Below are positions 48,534 through 58,366 of a DNA stretch of 64,000 nt, one piece after another. Where the stretch lies: assembly GCA_965656855.1 (NCBI GenBank), contig CBFHML010000097.1:31250-95249 (forward strand). Direction: 5' to 3'. The notes beneath the pieces are model-generated. The model saw nothing but the letters and a program-made list of their open reading frames with translations. It had not been told where the DNA came from and made no database searches. Made by a program: the position numbers and the translations under genes. Numbering within the stretch: position 1 is the first letter of the stretch; each line of letters opens with the position of its first letter. Source of the stretch: Roseovarius sp. Lineage in GTDB: Bacteria > Pseudomonadota > Alphaproteobacteria > Rhodobacterales > Rhodobacteraceae.

Positions 48534-49333
48534 GTGTAAGCGATCGCAAGCAGAGCAAGGCCAAGCACGACACGGTAGACCACATAGGGTGTAAAGCTGA
48601 CGCTGCGCAACAGACGCATCATTACAGCCAGAGACAAAAGCGCGGCGGCAAAGGCAAACGTCGCCGCAATCGCACCGTCCCGCAACAGGGCCATGTCAGC
48701 CTCGGCCACAGTCTCGCCGCCAAGATAAATTCCGCTGGCGATGATCGTTGGTATCGACATCAGCATTGCTATCTTGGCCGCATCCTCGCGCGCGTATCCC
48801 AGAAACCGTGCGCCGGTAATGGTGATGCCCGACCGCGACGTGCCGGGAATGAGTGCAATGGCCTGCCAGACACCAATGATCATGGCGTCTTGCATCGAGA
48901 AATCCTTTTGCGTGCGGTGCGTTTCGCCGATCTGGTCGGACCAGTAGAGGAAAGCGGCGAAAATCAGCATCGCCCAACCAATCACTGCTACAGACCGTAA
49001 TTCGTCATTAAGGCCGGTGATCTTCAGGATCAGCCCAAACGCCACCACCGGAACGGACGAAACAAGAAGCAGCAACGCAAGCCGTGCACCCGGCGTGTCG
49101 GCGTGTCCGATCAAAAGACGTGGCAGACCACCAAGAGCAGATTTCACGTCTTTCCAGAAATAGAGGATTACCGCCAGCAAGGTTCCGACATGCACGGCGA
49201 CATCAATGGCCTGTCCCTGATCCTGCAAGCCTGTGAGGTTCGGAATCAGAATGAGATGCCCAGAGGACGAAACAGGAAGGAATTCTGTCAGGCCCTGAAT
49301 CACGGCGACGAGAATCAAATGGAATAGCGGCAT
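48530..49333 (-). CDS. uppP: undecaprenyl-diphosphate phosphatase
   Basis: Polytopic membrane protein with [11 protein letters not shown] and PGTSRSG motifs. Confidence 0.9.
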   Translation of the reverse strand: MPLFHLILVAVIQGLTEFLPVSSSGHLILIPNLTGLQDQGQAIDVAVHVGTLLAVILYFWKDVKSALGGLPRLLIGHADTPGARLALLLLVSSVPVVAFGLILKITGLNDELRSVAVIGWAMLIFAAFLYWSDQIGETHRTQKDFSMQDAMIIGVWQAIALIPGTSRSGITITGARFLGYAREDAAKIAMLMSIPTIIASGIYLGGETVAEADMALLRDGAIAATFAFAAALLSLAVMMRLLRSVSFTPYVVYRVVLGLALLAIAYT

Positions 49334-49555
49334 GCAACACCGGTCCTGTGCGGAAGTCAGGGGAAGCTATACCGCAATCAAATCGAGGAGAAAGATGGTA
49401 ATTAGGTCCGATACGGTCATAAATATTACGCAGATTGCGCTATTCATTTACCGGGGAGGTCAGGAAAAACGCAAAAAGGTCAGCAATAATGACTTTATTT
49501 CGATCTAGGTTTGCGATAACAAGCCCGAACGTCCAGCAGAACCGGAGAATGCGCC

Positions 49556-50992
49556 GTGGCCAAGACACCGATGTTGAAATTCGTGACAATAGATCGTGAC
49601 ATGCCTGAAAAGCGGGCAGCGGAGCTGCGCCGTGAAGATTTCGACGAGATCTATGCAGAATACGCCGACACCAAGGCCAAAGAGCAATCTGCCCGGTGTA
49701 GTCAATGTGGCGTTCCCTATTGCCAAAACCATTGTCCCTTGCACAACAATATCCCCGACTGGCTGCGTCTGACGGCCGAGGGTCGCCTGCAAGAGGCCTA
49801 TGAGGTCAGCCAAGCCACCAACACATTCCCCGAGATCTGTGGCCGCATCTGCCCGCAGGATCGCCTGTGCGAGGGCAATTGCGTCATCGAGCAGTCGGGC
49901 CACGGCACCGTCACCATCGGCTCGGTCGAGAAATATATTACAGACACGGCTTGGGAAAATGGCTGGGTTACCCCTGTACAGCCAACGCAAGAGCGCGCCG
50001 AGTCCGTTGCCATCATCGGCGCTGGTCCGGGTGGGCTTGCTGCGGCTGATATGCTGCGTCAGGCCGGCGTTCAGGTTACGGTTTATGACCGCTATGACCG
50101 CGCCGGTGGCCTGCTGACTTATGGCATTCCGGGTTTCAAACTGGAAAAACCCGTTGTCATGCGCCGTATCGATCAGCTGGAACAGGGCGGTGTGAAATTT
50201 GTTCTCAACTGCAATGTCGGTGAGGACATCACATTCGATGAGATCCGCGAAAAGCATGATGCAGTTCTGATCGCCACAGGCGTTTATAAAAGCCGTGAGT
50301 TGCCCGGACCCGGTGCAGGTTCGAAAGGGATTGTACGCGCTATCGACTTTCTCACCGCCAGCAATCGCAAAAGCTTTGGCGACGAGGTTCCTGAATTCGA
50401 CAGTGGCGAACTCAATGCAGAGGGCAAGCGCGTCATCGTGATCGGTGGTGGCGACACAGCTATGGACTGCGTGCGGACGGCGATCCGGCAGGGGGCCACA
50501 TCGGTCAAATGCCTGTACCGTCGTGATCGCGAAAACATGCCCGGCAGCCAGCGCGAAGTCGCCAATGCCGAGGAAGAGGGCGTCGAGTTTCTTTGGCTCA
50601 GCGCGCCAAAGGCGTTTCACGGTGATCCCGTCACCTCTGTTAAGGTCCAGCAGATGCGTCTGGGTGCGCCCGACGCCACCGGCCGTCAAAGCCCCGAGGA
50701 AATCGAAGGCGCGGAAACCGACGAGGCCGCCGATCTGGTGATCAAGGCGCTTGGTTTCGAGGCAGAGGACCTGCCGACGCTTTGGGGTCAGGAAGAGCTG
50801 CAAGTTACACGCTGGGGCACCATCAAGGCCGAGTTCAACACTGGCAAGACCAACCTCGACGGGGTCTATGCCGTGGGTGACATCGTGCGCGGTGCGTCTC
50901 TTGTTGTGTGGGCTATCCGCGATGGGCGCGATTCTGCAGCTGCGATTCTCGAACATCTTTACAGCGGTTCCAAGGCTGTTGCCGCCGAATAG
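49556..50992 (+). CDS. gltD: glutamate synthase (NADPH) small subunit
   Basis: Fe-S cysteines (CSQCGVPYC...CP, CGRICP...CEGNC) and FAD/NAD motifs IIGAGPGGLAAA and VIGGGDTAMDC. Confidence 0.9.
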   Translation: MAKTPMLKFVTIDRDMPEKRAAELRREDFDEIYAEYADTKAKEQSARCSQCGVPYCQNHCPLHNNIPDWLRLTAEGRLQEAYEVSQATNTFPEICGRICPQDRLCEGNCVIEQSGHGTVTIGSVEKYITDTAWENGWVTPVQPTQERAESVAIIGAGPGGLAAADMLRQAGVQVTVYDRYDRAGGLLTYGIPGFKLEKPVVMRRIDQLEQGGVKFVLNCNVGEDITFDEIREKHDAVLIATGVYKSRELPGPGAGSKGIVRAIDFLTASNRKSFGDEVPEFDSGELNAEGKRVIVIGGGDTAMDCVRTAIRQGATSVKCLYRRDRENMPGSQREVANAEEEGVEFLWLSAPKAFHGDPVTSVKVQQMRLGAPDATGRQSPEEIEGAETDEAADLVIKALGFEAEDLPTLWGQEELQVTRWGTIKAEFNTGKTNLDGVYAVGDIVRGASLVVWAIRDGRDSAAAILEHLYSGSKAVAAE

Positions 50993-51080
50993 ACTGACGG
51001 CACCGCTATGTGCGGTGCCTCACCCGTGATCCTGAATGATTATAGGGCAACGGCCCTGACCCACCGAACATAGGAAGGGT

Positions 51081-54000
51081 ATGACGATGAGCGAATTTGA
51101 TCTCGACTGGGCCACACGTGAAGAGGCCAAGCGCAAGTGGCTTGCCGAAAACGGCATGTATTCTGAGGAAGAAGAGCATTCTTCCTGCGGCGTCGGACTT
51201 GTCGTGTCCATCAATGGCAAGCCCAGTCGCAAAGTTGTCGAATCCGGTATCAGTGCGCTCAAGGCGATCTGGCACCGCGGCGCTGTTGATGCCGATGGCA
51301 AGACCGGCGATGGTGCGGGCATCCATATTCAGATCCCTGTGCCGTTCTTTTACGATCAGGTGCGCCGCACCGGCCATGAACCGCGTGAAGATCAGCTTTT
51401 GGCAGTGGGTCAGGTATTTTTGCCGCGGACCGATTTCGGCGCGCAGGAAACCTGCCGTACCATCGTCGAAACCGAAGTGCTGCGCATGGGGCATTATATC
51501 TACGGCTGGCGTCACGTGCCGGTGGATATCAGCGTGCTGGGCGAAAAGGCGAACGCGACCCGCCCCGAGATCGAGCAGATCCTCATTTCGAATGCCAAGG
51601 GCGTGGACGAAGAGACATTCGAGCGCGAGCTTTACGTCATCCGCCGCCGCATCGAGAAGGCCGCTGCCGCCGCAAGCATCAATGGGCTTTATATTGCCAG
51701 CCTGTCGTGCCGCAGCATCATCTACAAGGGCATGATGCTGGCCGAACAGGTGGCGGAGTTCTATCCAGATCTCAAGGACGATCGTTTTGTCTCGAACTTT
51801 GCGATCTATCACCAGCGTTATTCAACCAACACCTTCCCGCAATGGTGGTTGGCGCAGCCGTTTCGCATGCTTGCGCATAATGGCGAGATCAACACCCTGC
51901 GTGGCAATATCAACTGGATGAAAAGCCACGAAATCCGCATGGCAAGCGCCTCTTTCGGGGACCATGCCGAGGATATCAAACCGATCATTGCGCAAGGCTC
52001 GTCCGACTCGGCCGCGCTTGATTCCGTGTTCGAGGTGCTGGTGCGCGCCGGGCGTAGTGCGCCGATGGCCAAGACTATGCTGGTCCCAGAAAGCTGGTCC
52101 AAGCAGGCAGAGGAACTGCCCGAAGCGTGGCGCGACATGTATTCCTACTGCAACTCGGTGATGGAGCCATGGGACGGCCCCGCAGCTCTTGCCATGACTG
52201 ATGGTCGTTGGGTCTGTGCGGGACTTGACCGTAACGGCCTGCGCCCGATGCGCTATGTCGTGACCGGTGATGGCCTCGTCATCGCAGGCTCTGAGGCTGG
52301 CATGGTCCCGATTGACGAGGGCACCGTGCGCGAAAAAGGCGCCCTTGGTCCCGGTCAGATGCTGGCCGTGGACACCAAGAAGGGCCTGTTGTTCCACGAT
52401 ACCGAGATCAAGGACAAGATGGCGCGCGCGCTGCCCTTTGGTGAATGGGTCGGTAAGATCAAGGATCTGGACGAAAAGCTTGCAGGCGTGACCGAGACCG
52501 CGCTTCATTCTGGTGACGAACTGCGCCGCCGCCAGATTGCGGCCGGCTATTCCGTGGAAGAGATTGAAAGCATCCTGTCGCCGATGGCCGAGGATGCCAA
52601 GGAATCGATCGCCAGCATGGGCGACGATACCCCGTCCGCGGTGTTGTCGAAAAAGTATCGCCCGCTTAGCCACTATTTCCGCCAAAGCTTTAGTCAGGTG
52701 ACAAACCCGCCGATCGACAGCTTGCGGGAATTCCGGGTGATGAGCCTTAAGACGCGGTTTGGCAATCTCAAGAACGTGCTCGATGAAAGTGGCGCCCAGA
52801 CCGAGATCATCGTGCTGGAAAGCCCGTTTGTGGGAAATGCACAATGGTCGGAGCTGACCAAGCATTTCAATGCCGGCGTGACCGAAATCGACTGTAGCTT
52901 TACCCCCGGCAAGGGCGCCCTGCACGAAGCGCTGGAGCGTATCCGCGCCGAGGCGGAAGACGCCGTGCGGTCTGGCACCGGGCATATCGTGCTGACCGAT
53001 CAGGCCGTGAGCGAAACACGTATCGGCATGCCGATGATCCTCGCCACAAGTGCGGTGCACAGCCATCTGACACGCAAGGGTCTGCGGACTTTTACCAGCC
53101 TGAATGTTCGTTCGGCAGAATGCATCGACCCGCATTATTTCGCAGTGCTCATCGGGGCAGGCGCCACTGTGGTCAATGCCTATCTGGCTGAAGACACGAT
53201 TGCAGACCGAATCGAGCGTGGCCTGATTGACGGACCGCTGACAGAGGCGATGGCCCGCTACCGCGACGCGGTGGATCAGGGTCTGCTCAAGATCATGTCG
53301 AAGATGGGTATCAGCGTGATCTCGTCCTATCGGGGCGGTCTCAATTTCGAGGCAATTGGGCTTAGCCGCGCCATGTGCGCAGAGTATTTCCCCGGCCTTG
53401 TCAGCAGGATTTCCGGCATCGGCGTTTCGGGCATTCAGGCCAAGCTTGAAGAGGTCCATGCCCAAGCTTTCGATGGTGCACGCAACGTGCTGCCTATCGG
53501 TGGCTTTTACAAAGCGCGCAAAACGGGTGAAACCCATGCTTGGGGTGCGCAGTCGATGCATATGATGCAGATGGCGTGCAACAAGGCGTCGTTCGAGTTG
53601 TGGAAACGCTATAGCCAGGCGATGCAGGCCAACCCGCCGATCCACATTCGTGATCTCATGGCGATCAAGCCGATGGGCGCCCCCGTTGCGTTGGAAGAGG
53701 TTGAAAGCGTTACAGCGATCCGCAAACGCTTTGTCACGCCGGGCATGAGCCTTGGTGCGCTGTCACCAGAGGCGCACAAGACCCTGAACGTAGCGATGAA
53801 CCGTATCGGCGCGCGCTCGGACTCGGGCGAAGGTGGCGAAGATCCGGCGCATTTTGTGCCAGAGCCCAATGGCGACAATCCATCTGCCAAGATCAAGCAG
53901 GTGGCATCCGGTCGCTTTGGTGTCACGGCAGAATACCTCAATCAGTGCGAAGAACTGGAGATCAAGGTCGCTCAGGGGGCCAAGCCCGGTGAGGGTGGCC

Positions 54001-55619
54001 AGCTTCCGGGGATGAAAGTGACCAAGCTGATCGCACGGCTGCGGCACTCGACGCCGGGGGTCACGCTGATCTCACCGCCGCCGCATCACGATATCTACTC
54101 CATCGAGGACCTGGCGCAGCTGATCTACGATCTCAAGCAGATCAATCCGACTGTAAAAGTCTGTGTGAAGCTTGTGTCGCAATCCGGTGTCGGCACGATC
54201 GCCGCCGGTGTGGCCAAGGCCAAGGCGGATGTGATCCTGATTTCGGGCCATAATGGTGGCACCGGCGCGTCGCCTGCGACGTCGATCAAATATGCTGGCC
54301 TGCCGTGGGAAATGGGCCTGACAGAGGCGCATCAGGTTCTGTCGATGAATAATCTGCGCTCGCGTATCACGCTGCGCACGGATGGCGGGCTTCGCACGGG
54401 TCGTGATATCGTCATGGCCGCGATGATGGGGGCCGAGGAATATGGCATTGGCACCGCCGCCCTGATCGCGATGGGCTGCATCATGGTGCGTCAGTGCCAG
54501 TCAAACACCTGTCCGGTCGGCGTGTGCACGCAGGACAAAAGCCTGCGGGACAAGTTCACTGGCAATGCAGATAAGGTCGTGAACCTCATTACCTTTTATG
54601 CGCAGGAAGTGCGGGAAATCCTCGCCAGCATTGGTGCGCGCAGCCTTGATGACGTGATTGGGCGCGCGGATCTGCTGACGCAGGTCAGCCGTGGGTCGGC
54701 ACATCTCGATGATCTTGATCTAAACCCGATGCTGATCACTGTCGATGGTGCCAGCCACATCACCTATGATCGCAACAAGCCGCGTAACGAGGTGCCCGAT
54801 ACGCTGGACGCGGAAATCGTGCGGGATGCGCAGCGGTTCCTCAACGATGGGGAAAAAATGCAGCTGCATTACGCGGTGCAAAACACGGATCGCACCGTGG
54901 GCACGCGGGTTTCCAGCCATATCGTGCGCAACTTCGGTATGCGCAACGGGTTGCAGCCCAACCACCTGACCGTAAAGCTGACGGGCAGTGCAGGCCAGAG
55001 CCTTGGTGCCTTTGGTGCGCCGGGTCTCAAGATCGAGGTCTCGGGCGACGCCAACGATTATGTCGGCAAGGGTCTGTCGGGGGCGACGGTCGTGGTACGC
55101 CCACCGATGATCAGCCCTCTGGATGCAGCCGAAAACACCATCATCGGCAATACCGTGCTTTATGGCGCGACCGACGGCTATCTCTTTGCCTCGGGCCGTG
55201 CGGGCGAACGCTTTGCTGTGCGCAACTCCGGCGCAAGCGTGGTGGTTGAGGGGTGTGGCTCCAACGGGTGCGAGTATATGACGGGCGGCGTTGCCGTGAT
55301 CCTTGGCACAATTGGCGCCAATTTCGCAGCGGGCATGACCGGCGGCATGGCCTATCTTTATGATCCCGATGGGCTGACCGAAAAGCTTATCAACCGCGAA
55401 TCCGTCGTGACCTGTCCGGTCACAGTGGATCATTGGGAAGACGAGCTGAAAGGCCTGATCGAGCGGCACGCAGAAGAGACCGGCAGCCGCAAGGCGAAGG
55501 ATATTTTGCAATATTGGGCACAGGAAAAGGACAAATTCGTCCAGATCTGCCCGATGGAAATGCTCAACAAGCTTGAGCATCCGATCAGCCTGGAGGGGAC
55601 GTCCGTTCCGGCAGAATAG
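51081..55619 (+). CDS. gltB: glutamate synthase large subunit
   Basis: 1512 aa. Ntn amidotransferase Cys (HSSCGVG), FMN and 3Fe-4S regions (CIMVRQCQSNTCPVG), and a C-terminal GXGXG beta-helix. Confidence 0.95.
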   Translation: MTMSEFDLDWATREEAKRKWLAENGMYSEEEEHSSCGVGLVVSINGKPSRKVVESGISALKAIWHRGAVDADGKTGDGAGIHIQIPVPFFYDQVRRTGHEPREDQLLAVGQVFLPRTDFGAQETCRTIVETEVLRMGHYIYGWRHVPVDISVLGEKANATRPEIEQILISNAKGVDEETFERELYVIRRRIEKAAAAASINGLYIASLSCRSIIYKGMMLAEQVAEFYPDLKDDRFVSNFAIYHQRYSTNTFPQWWLAQPFRMLAHNGEINTLRGNINWMKSHEIRMASASFGDHAEDIKPIIAQGSSDSAALDSVFEVLVRAGRSAPMAKTMLVPESWSKQAEELPEAWRDMYSYCNSVMEPWDGPAALAMTDGRWVCAGLDRNGLRPMRYVVTGDGLVIAGSEAGMVPIDEGTVREKGALGPGQMLAVDTKKGLLFHDTEIKDKMARALPFGEWVGKIKDLDEKLAGVTETALHSGDELRRRQIAAGYSVEEIESILSPMAEDAKESIASMGDDTPSAVLSKKYRPLSHYFRQSFSQVTNPPIDSLREFRVMSLKTRFGNLKNVLDESGAQTEIIVLESPFVGNAQWSELTKHFNAGVTEIDCSFTPGKGALHEALERIRAEAEDAVRSGTGHIVLTDQAVSETRIGMPMILATSAVHSHLTRKGLRTFTSLNVRSAECIDPHYFAVLIGAGATVVNAYLAEDTIADRIERGLIDGPLTEAMARYRDAVDQGLLKIMSKMGISVISSYRGGLNFEAIGLSRAMCAEYFPGLVSRISGIGVSGIQAKLEEVHAQAFDGARNVLPIGGFYKARKTGETHAWGAQSMHMMQMACNKASFELWKRYSQAMQANPPIHIRDLMAIKPMGAPVALEEVESVTAIRKRFVTPGMSLGALSPEAHKTLNVAMNRIGARSDSGEGGEDPAHFVPEPNGDNPSAKIKQVASGRFGVTAEYLNQCEELEIKVAQGAKPGEGGQLPGMKVTKLIARLRHSTPGVTLISPPPHHDIYSIEDLAQLIYDLKQINPTVKVCVKLVSQSGVGTIAAGVAKAKADVILISGHNGGTGASPATSIKYAGLPWEMGLTEAHQVLSMNNLRSRITLRTDGGLRTGRDIVMAAMMGAEEYGIGTAALIAMGCIMVRQCQSNTCPVGVCTQDKSLRDKFTGNADKVVNLITFYAQEVREILASIGARSLDDVIGRADLLTQVSRGSAHLDDLDLNPMLITVDGASHITYDRNKPRNEVPDTLDAEIVRDAQRFLNDGEKMQLHYAVQNTDRTVGTRVSSHIVRNFGMRNGLQPNHLTVKLTGSAGQSLGAFGAPGLKIEVSGDANDYVGKGLSGATVVVRPPMISPLDAAENTIIGNTVLYGATDGYLFASGRAGERFAVRNSGASVVVEGCGSNGCEYMTGGVAVILGTIGANFAAGMTGGMAYLYDPDGLTEKLINRESVVTCPVTVDHWEDELKGLIERHAEETGSRKAKDILQYWAQEKDKFVQICPMEMLNKLEHPISLEGTSVPAE

Positions 55620-55747
55620 ACCCTAATCCTCCCGTCGCAGGCGGCTGCACATATGCGCGGCGCTTGCGGCGGGACAAGGTGTTCTGCTTCGCCAGCCTCA
55701 CAAGTTTGCGCTTTTGACGCCCTGTTCTGAGCGGTATAGCTGCCAGC

Positions 55748-56473
55748 ATGGCGAAAAAGACCAAACGCACCAAATCCTGGCCCCTCGCAGATCGGATCAT
55801 CGCGCCTTTCCGTTGGATGCAGCGGTGGGTTTTTCGGGTGGTTTTGCTCGGTGTGGTGATCACTCTGGGCACCGTCGCGGCGCACCGCTTTTTCAACCCG
55901 CCTGACACGCTCTACATGAGGCAAGAGGCCGCTCGGCTCGGCACGCTGGATCGGCAATGGGTGCCTATGGCAGACATAGCTCCTGTCATGGCCCGCGCCG
56001 TTGTTGCGGCTGAGGATGCGAATTTCTGCAACCATTGGGGTTTTGACATGGGGGCGATCCGCGCCGCTATCGAAGAAGGTGGTGGGCGTGGGGCGTCTAC
56101 CCTGACCCAGCAAGTCGTAAAGAACACATATCTCTGGCATGGCCGGTCGTGGATCCGCAAGGCGCTGGAGGCTGCGATCACACCGATAGTCGAAGCGTTC
56201 TGGCCCAAGCGGCGTATTCTTGAGGTTTATCTGAACGTCGCAGAGTTCGACGAGGGCGTGTTCGGTGTCGAGGCTGCGGCGCGGCATTATTTCGGCGTTG
56301 GACCGGAGGATTTGTCGCCGACCCAGGCGGCGCGGTTGGCCGCCATTCTGCCCAATCCCAAAGATCGTTCGGCCAGGCGACCGGCGCCTTTTGTCCGCGA
56401 ACGTGCATCACAGATCCTAGATGGTGCGGCCACGATCCGCCGCGACGGGCGCTCCGCATGTTTCGAGGATTGA
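55748..56473 (+). CDS. mtgA: monofunctional biosynthetic peptidoglycan transglycosylase
   Basis: TM anchor and GT51 motifs (VVAAEDANFCNHWGFD, GASTLTQQ, RILEVYLNV.EF). Confidence 0.85.
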   Translation: MAKKTKRTKSWPLADRIIAPFRWMQRWVFRVVLLGVVITLGTVAAHRFFNPPDTLYMRQEAARLGTLDRQWVPMADIAPVMARAVVAAEDANFCNHWGFDMGAIRAAIEEGGGRGASTLTQQVVKNTYLWHGRSWIRKALEAAITPIVEAFWPKRRILEVYLNVAEFDEGVFGVEAAARHYFGVGPEDLSPTQAARLAAILPNPKDRSARRPAPFVRERASQILDGAATIRRDGRSACFED

Positions 56474-56543
56474 AATACGCCCGCATTCCGGGCATTGAAG
56501 ATGACATACTTTCGTCTTCACAAAAAAGGTCGAACACTTTCTG

Positions 56544-57209
56544 ATGGCAAGGCTGTATCACGTCCCGCTTTCTCCGTACTGCCGCAAGGTGCGGCTTGTC
56601 TTGGCTGAAAAGCGGATAGAGTGCGAACTTGTCGAAGAACGGTATTGGGAACGGGACCCAGATTTCATGCGACGCAATCCGGCGGGCAAGGTGCCGGTGC
56701 TTCGGATTGATGGCAAGATGCTGTCTGAAAGCACGCCGATTTGTGAATATCTCGAAGAGCGTTATCCAGAACCGGCGCTGATGCCCAAGGGGCATGACGG
56801 GCGCTACGAAGTGCGGCGTCTTGTGGCCTGGTTCGACGACAAGTTTCATACAGAAGTGACATCCAAGCTGCTGTATGAGCGCGTGAACAAAAAGGTCATG
56901 GGCAAGGGCTTTCCCGACAGTGGCAACGTCAAGTCAGGAGCGAAAGCGATCAAGTTCCATCTAGATTACCTCGCATGGCTGTTGGAACGCCGCCGCTGGC
57001 TTGCGGGTGATGTCATGACGCTTGCTGATTTCGCCGCCGCAGCACACCTGTCGAGCCTCGATTACATCTCGGATGTCGATTGGCACCGCAGCGAGGCGGT
57101 CAAGGACTGGTACGCCAAGATCAAATCGCGCCCTGCCTTTCGCGGTATCCTTGCCGATCAGGTGCCCGGATTTCCGCAGCCCGCGCATTATGCGGACCTC
57201 GATTTCTGA
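56544..57209 (+). CDS. glutathione S-transferase family protein
   Basis: Thioredoxin-like N-domain ([12 protein letters not shown]......NP.GKVPVL) and an alpha-helical C-domain. Confidence 0.8.
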   Translation: MARLYHVPLSPYCRKVRLVLAEKRIECELVEERYWERDPDFMRRNPAGKVPVLRIDGKMLSESTPICEYLEERYPEPALMPKGHDGRYEVRRLVAWFDDKFHTEVTSKLLYERVNKKVMGKGFPDSGNVKSGAKAIKFHLDYLAWLLERRRWLAGDVMTLADFAAAAHLSSLDYISDVDWHRSEAVKDWYAKIKSRPAFRGILADQVPGFPQPAHYADLDF

Positions 57210-57264
57210 AGGGTACCGCCTCCTCTGGCCTACCGTCAAACGACCCGGAGTATTTGCCGGAAAA

Positions 57265-58311
57265 ATGAAAAACCCGCTGAAAGAGAGACTGGTTGCACAG
57301 GCGTTGACCGAAGGGTTCGACGCCTGCCGCATCTGTCGCCCTTGGGACGTCGGCCATGTGCCCGCGCGGCTGTCGGCGTTTCTGACGCGGGGCTATCATG
57401 GACAGATGGAATGGCTGGCGGATAGGGCGCATTGGCGTGGTGCGCCACAGGTTCTATGGCCCGAGGCGCGTAGCGTGATCATGCTGGCAGAAACCTATGG
57501 CCCCGATCATGACCCGCTGGATTTGCTGTCGCAGACGGACCGAGGATGTGTCTCTGTTTATGCCCGAAACAAGGATTATCACGATGTAGTCAAAAAGCGG
57601 CTGAAGCGTCTTGCGCGCTGGCTGATCGCAGACGCCGGGGGTGAGGTGAAGGTATTTGTTGATACAGCACCCGTACCGGAAAAACCTCTCGGAGAGGCTG
57701 CTGGTCTTGGCTGGCAGGGGAAACACACCAATCTGGTAAGCCGTGATCTGGGCAGTTGGTTCTTTCTTGGCTCAGTCTTTACCACGCTTGAGTTAGAGCC
57801 TGATCAAGCCGAAACCGACCATTGTGGCACATGCCGGGCCTGTTTGGATATTTGCCCGACCGATGCTTTTCCAGCGCCCTATCAACTCGATGCGCGGCGC
57901 TGCATCTCTTATCTTACGATCGAACATCGCGGACCTGTTGATGAAGACCTCCGCGCACGCATGGGCAATCGGATCTACGGTTGCGATGATTGCCTTGCCG
58001 TTTGCCCCTGGAACAAATTTGCACAACGCGCCAGCGAGGTAAAATACCACGCGCGTGCCGATCTAGAAGCACCAGAGCTGGCTGAACTCGCCACGCTGGA
58101 TGACGCGGCGTTCCGGGCGCGCTTTTCCGGAAGCCCTATCAAACGGATCGGGCGAGACCGCTTTGTGCGCAATGTGGCCTATGCGATCGGCAATTCTGGT
58201 CATCCCCGGCTTTTGCCAGCCGTTCAAGCGCTCTGCGACGATCCGGACGAAACCGTGGCCGATGCAGCGCGCTGGGCTGTGATGCGACTTCGGGCTGCCG
58301 CAAACGGCTAG
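57265..58311 (+). CDS. queG: epoxyqueuosine reductase
   Basis: Trimmed to MKNPLKERL. Two 4Fe-4S motifs, [12 protein letters not shown] and [11 protein letters not shown], and a HEAT-like C-terminus. Confidence 0.85.
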   Translation: MKNPLKERLVAQALTEGFDACRICRPWDVGHVPARLSAFLTRGYHGQMEWLADRAHWRGAPQVLWPEARSVIMLAETYGPDHDPLDLLSQTDRGCVSVYARNKDYHDVVKKRLKRLARWLIADAGGEVKVFVDTAPVPEKPLGEAAGLGWQGKHTNLVSRDLGSWFFLGSVFTTLELEPDQAETDHCGTCRACLDICPTDAFPAPYQLDARRCISYLTIEHRGPVDEDLRARMGNRIYGCDDCLAVCPWNKFAQRASEVKYHARADLEAPELAELATLDDAAFRARFSGSPIKRIGRDRFVRNVAYAIGNSGHPRLLPAVQALCDDPDETVADAARWAVMRLRAAANG

Positions 58312-58366
58312 GCATTTCGCTGGTGATGGCGGTACTACCGGGACTAATCGCGATAAAGGATCGGGC

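Noticed and set aside
49334-49555. AT-rich uppP-gltD intergenic region with a small palindrome, CGCA-GAT-TGCG, possibly a regulator site.
   Set aside because: The palindrome is too short and unsupported to call. It matches no regulator consensus I can name with confidence.
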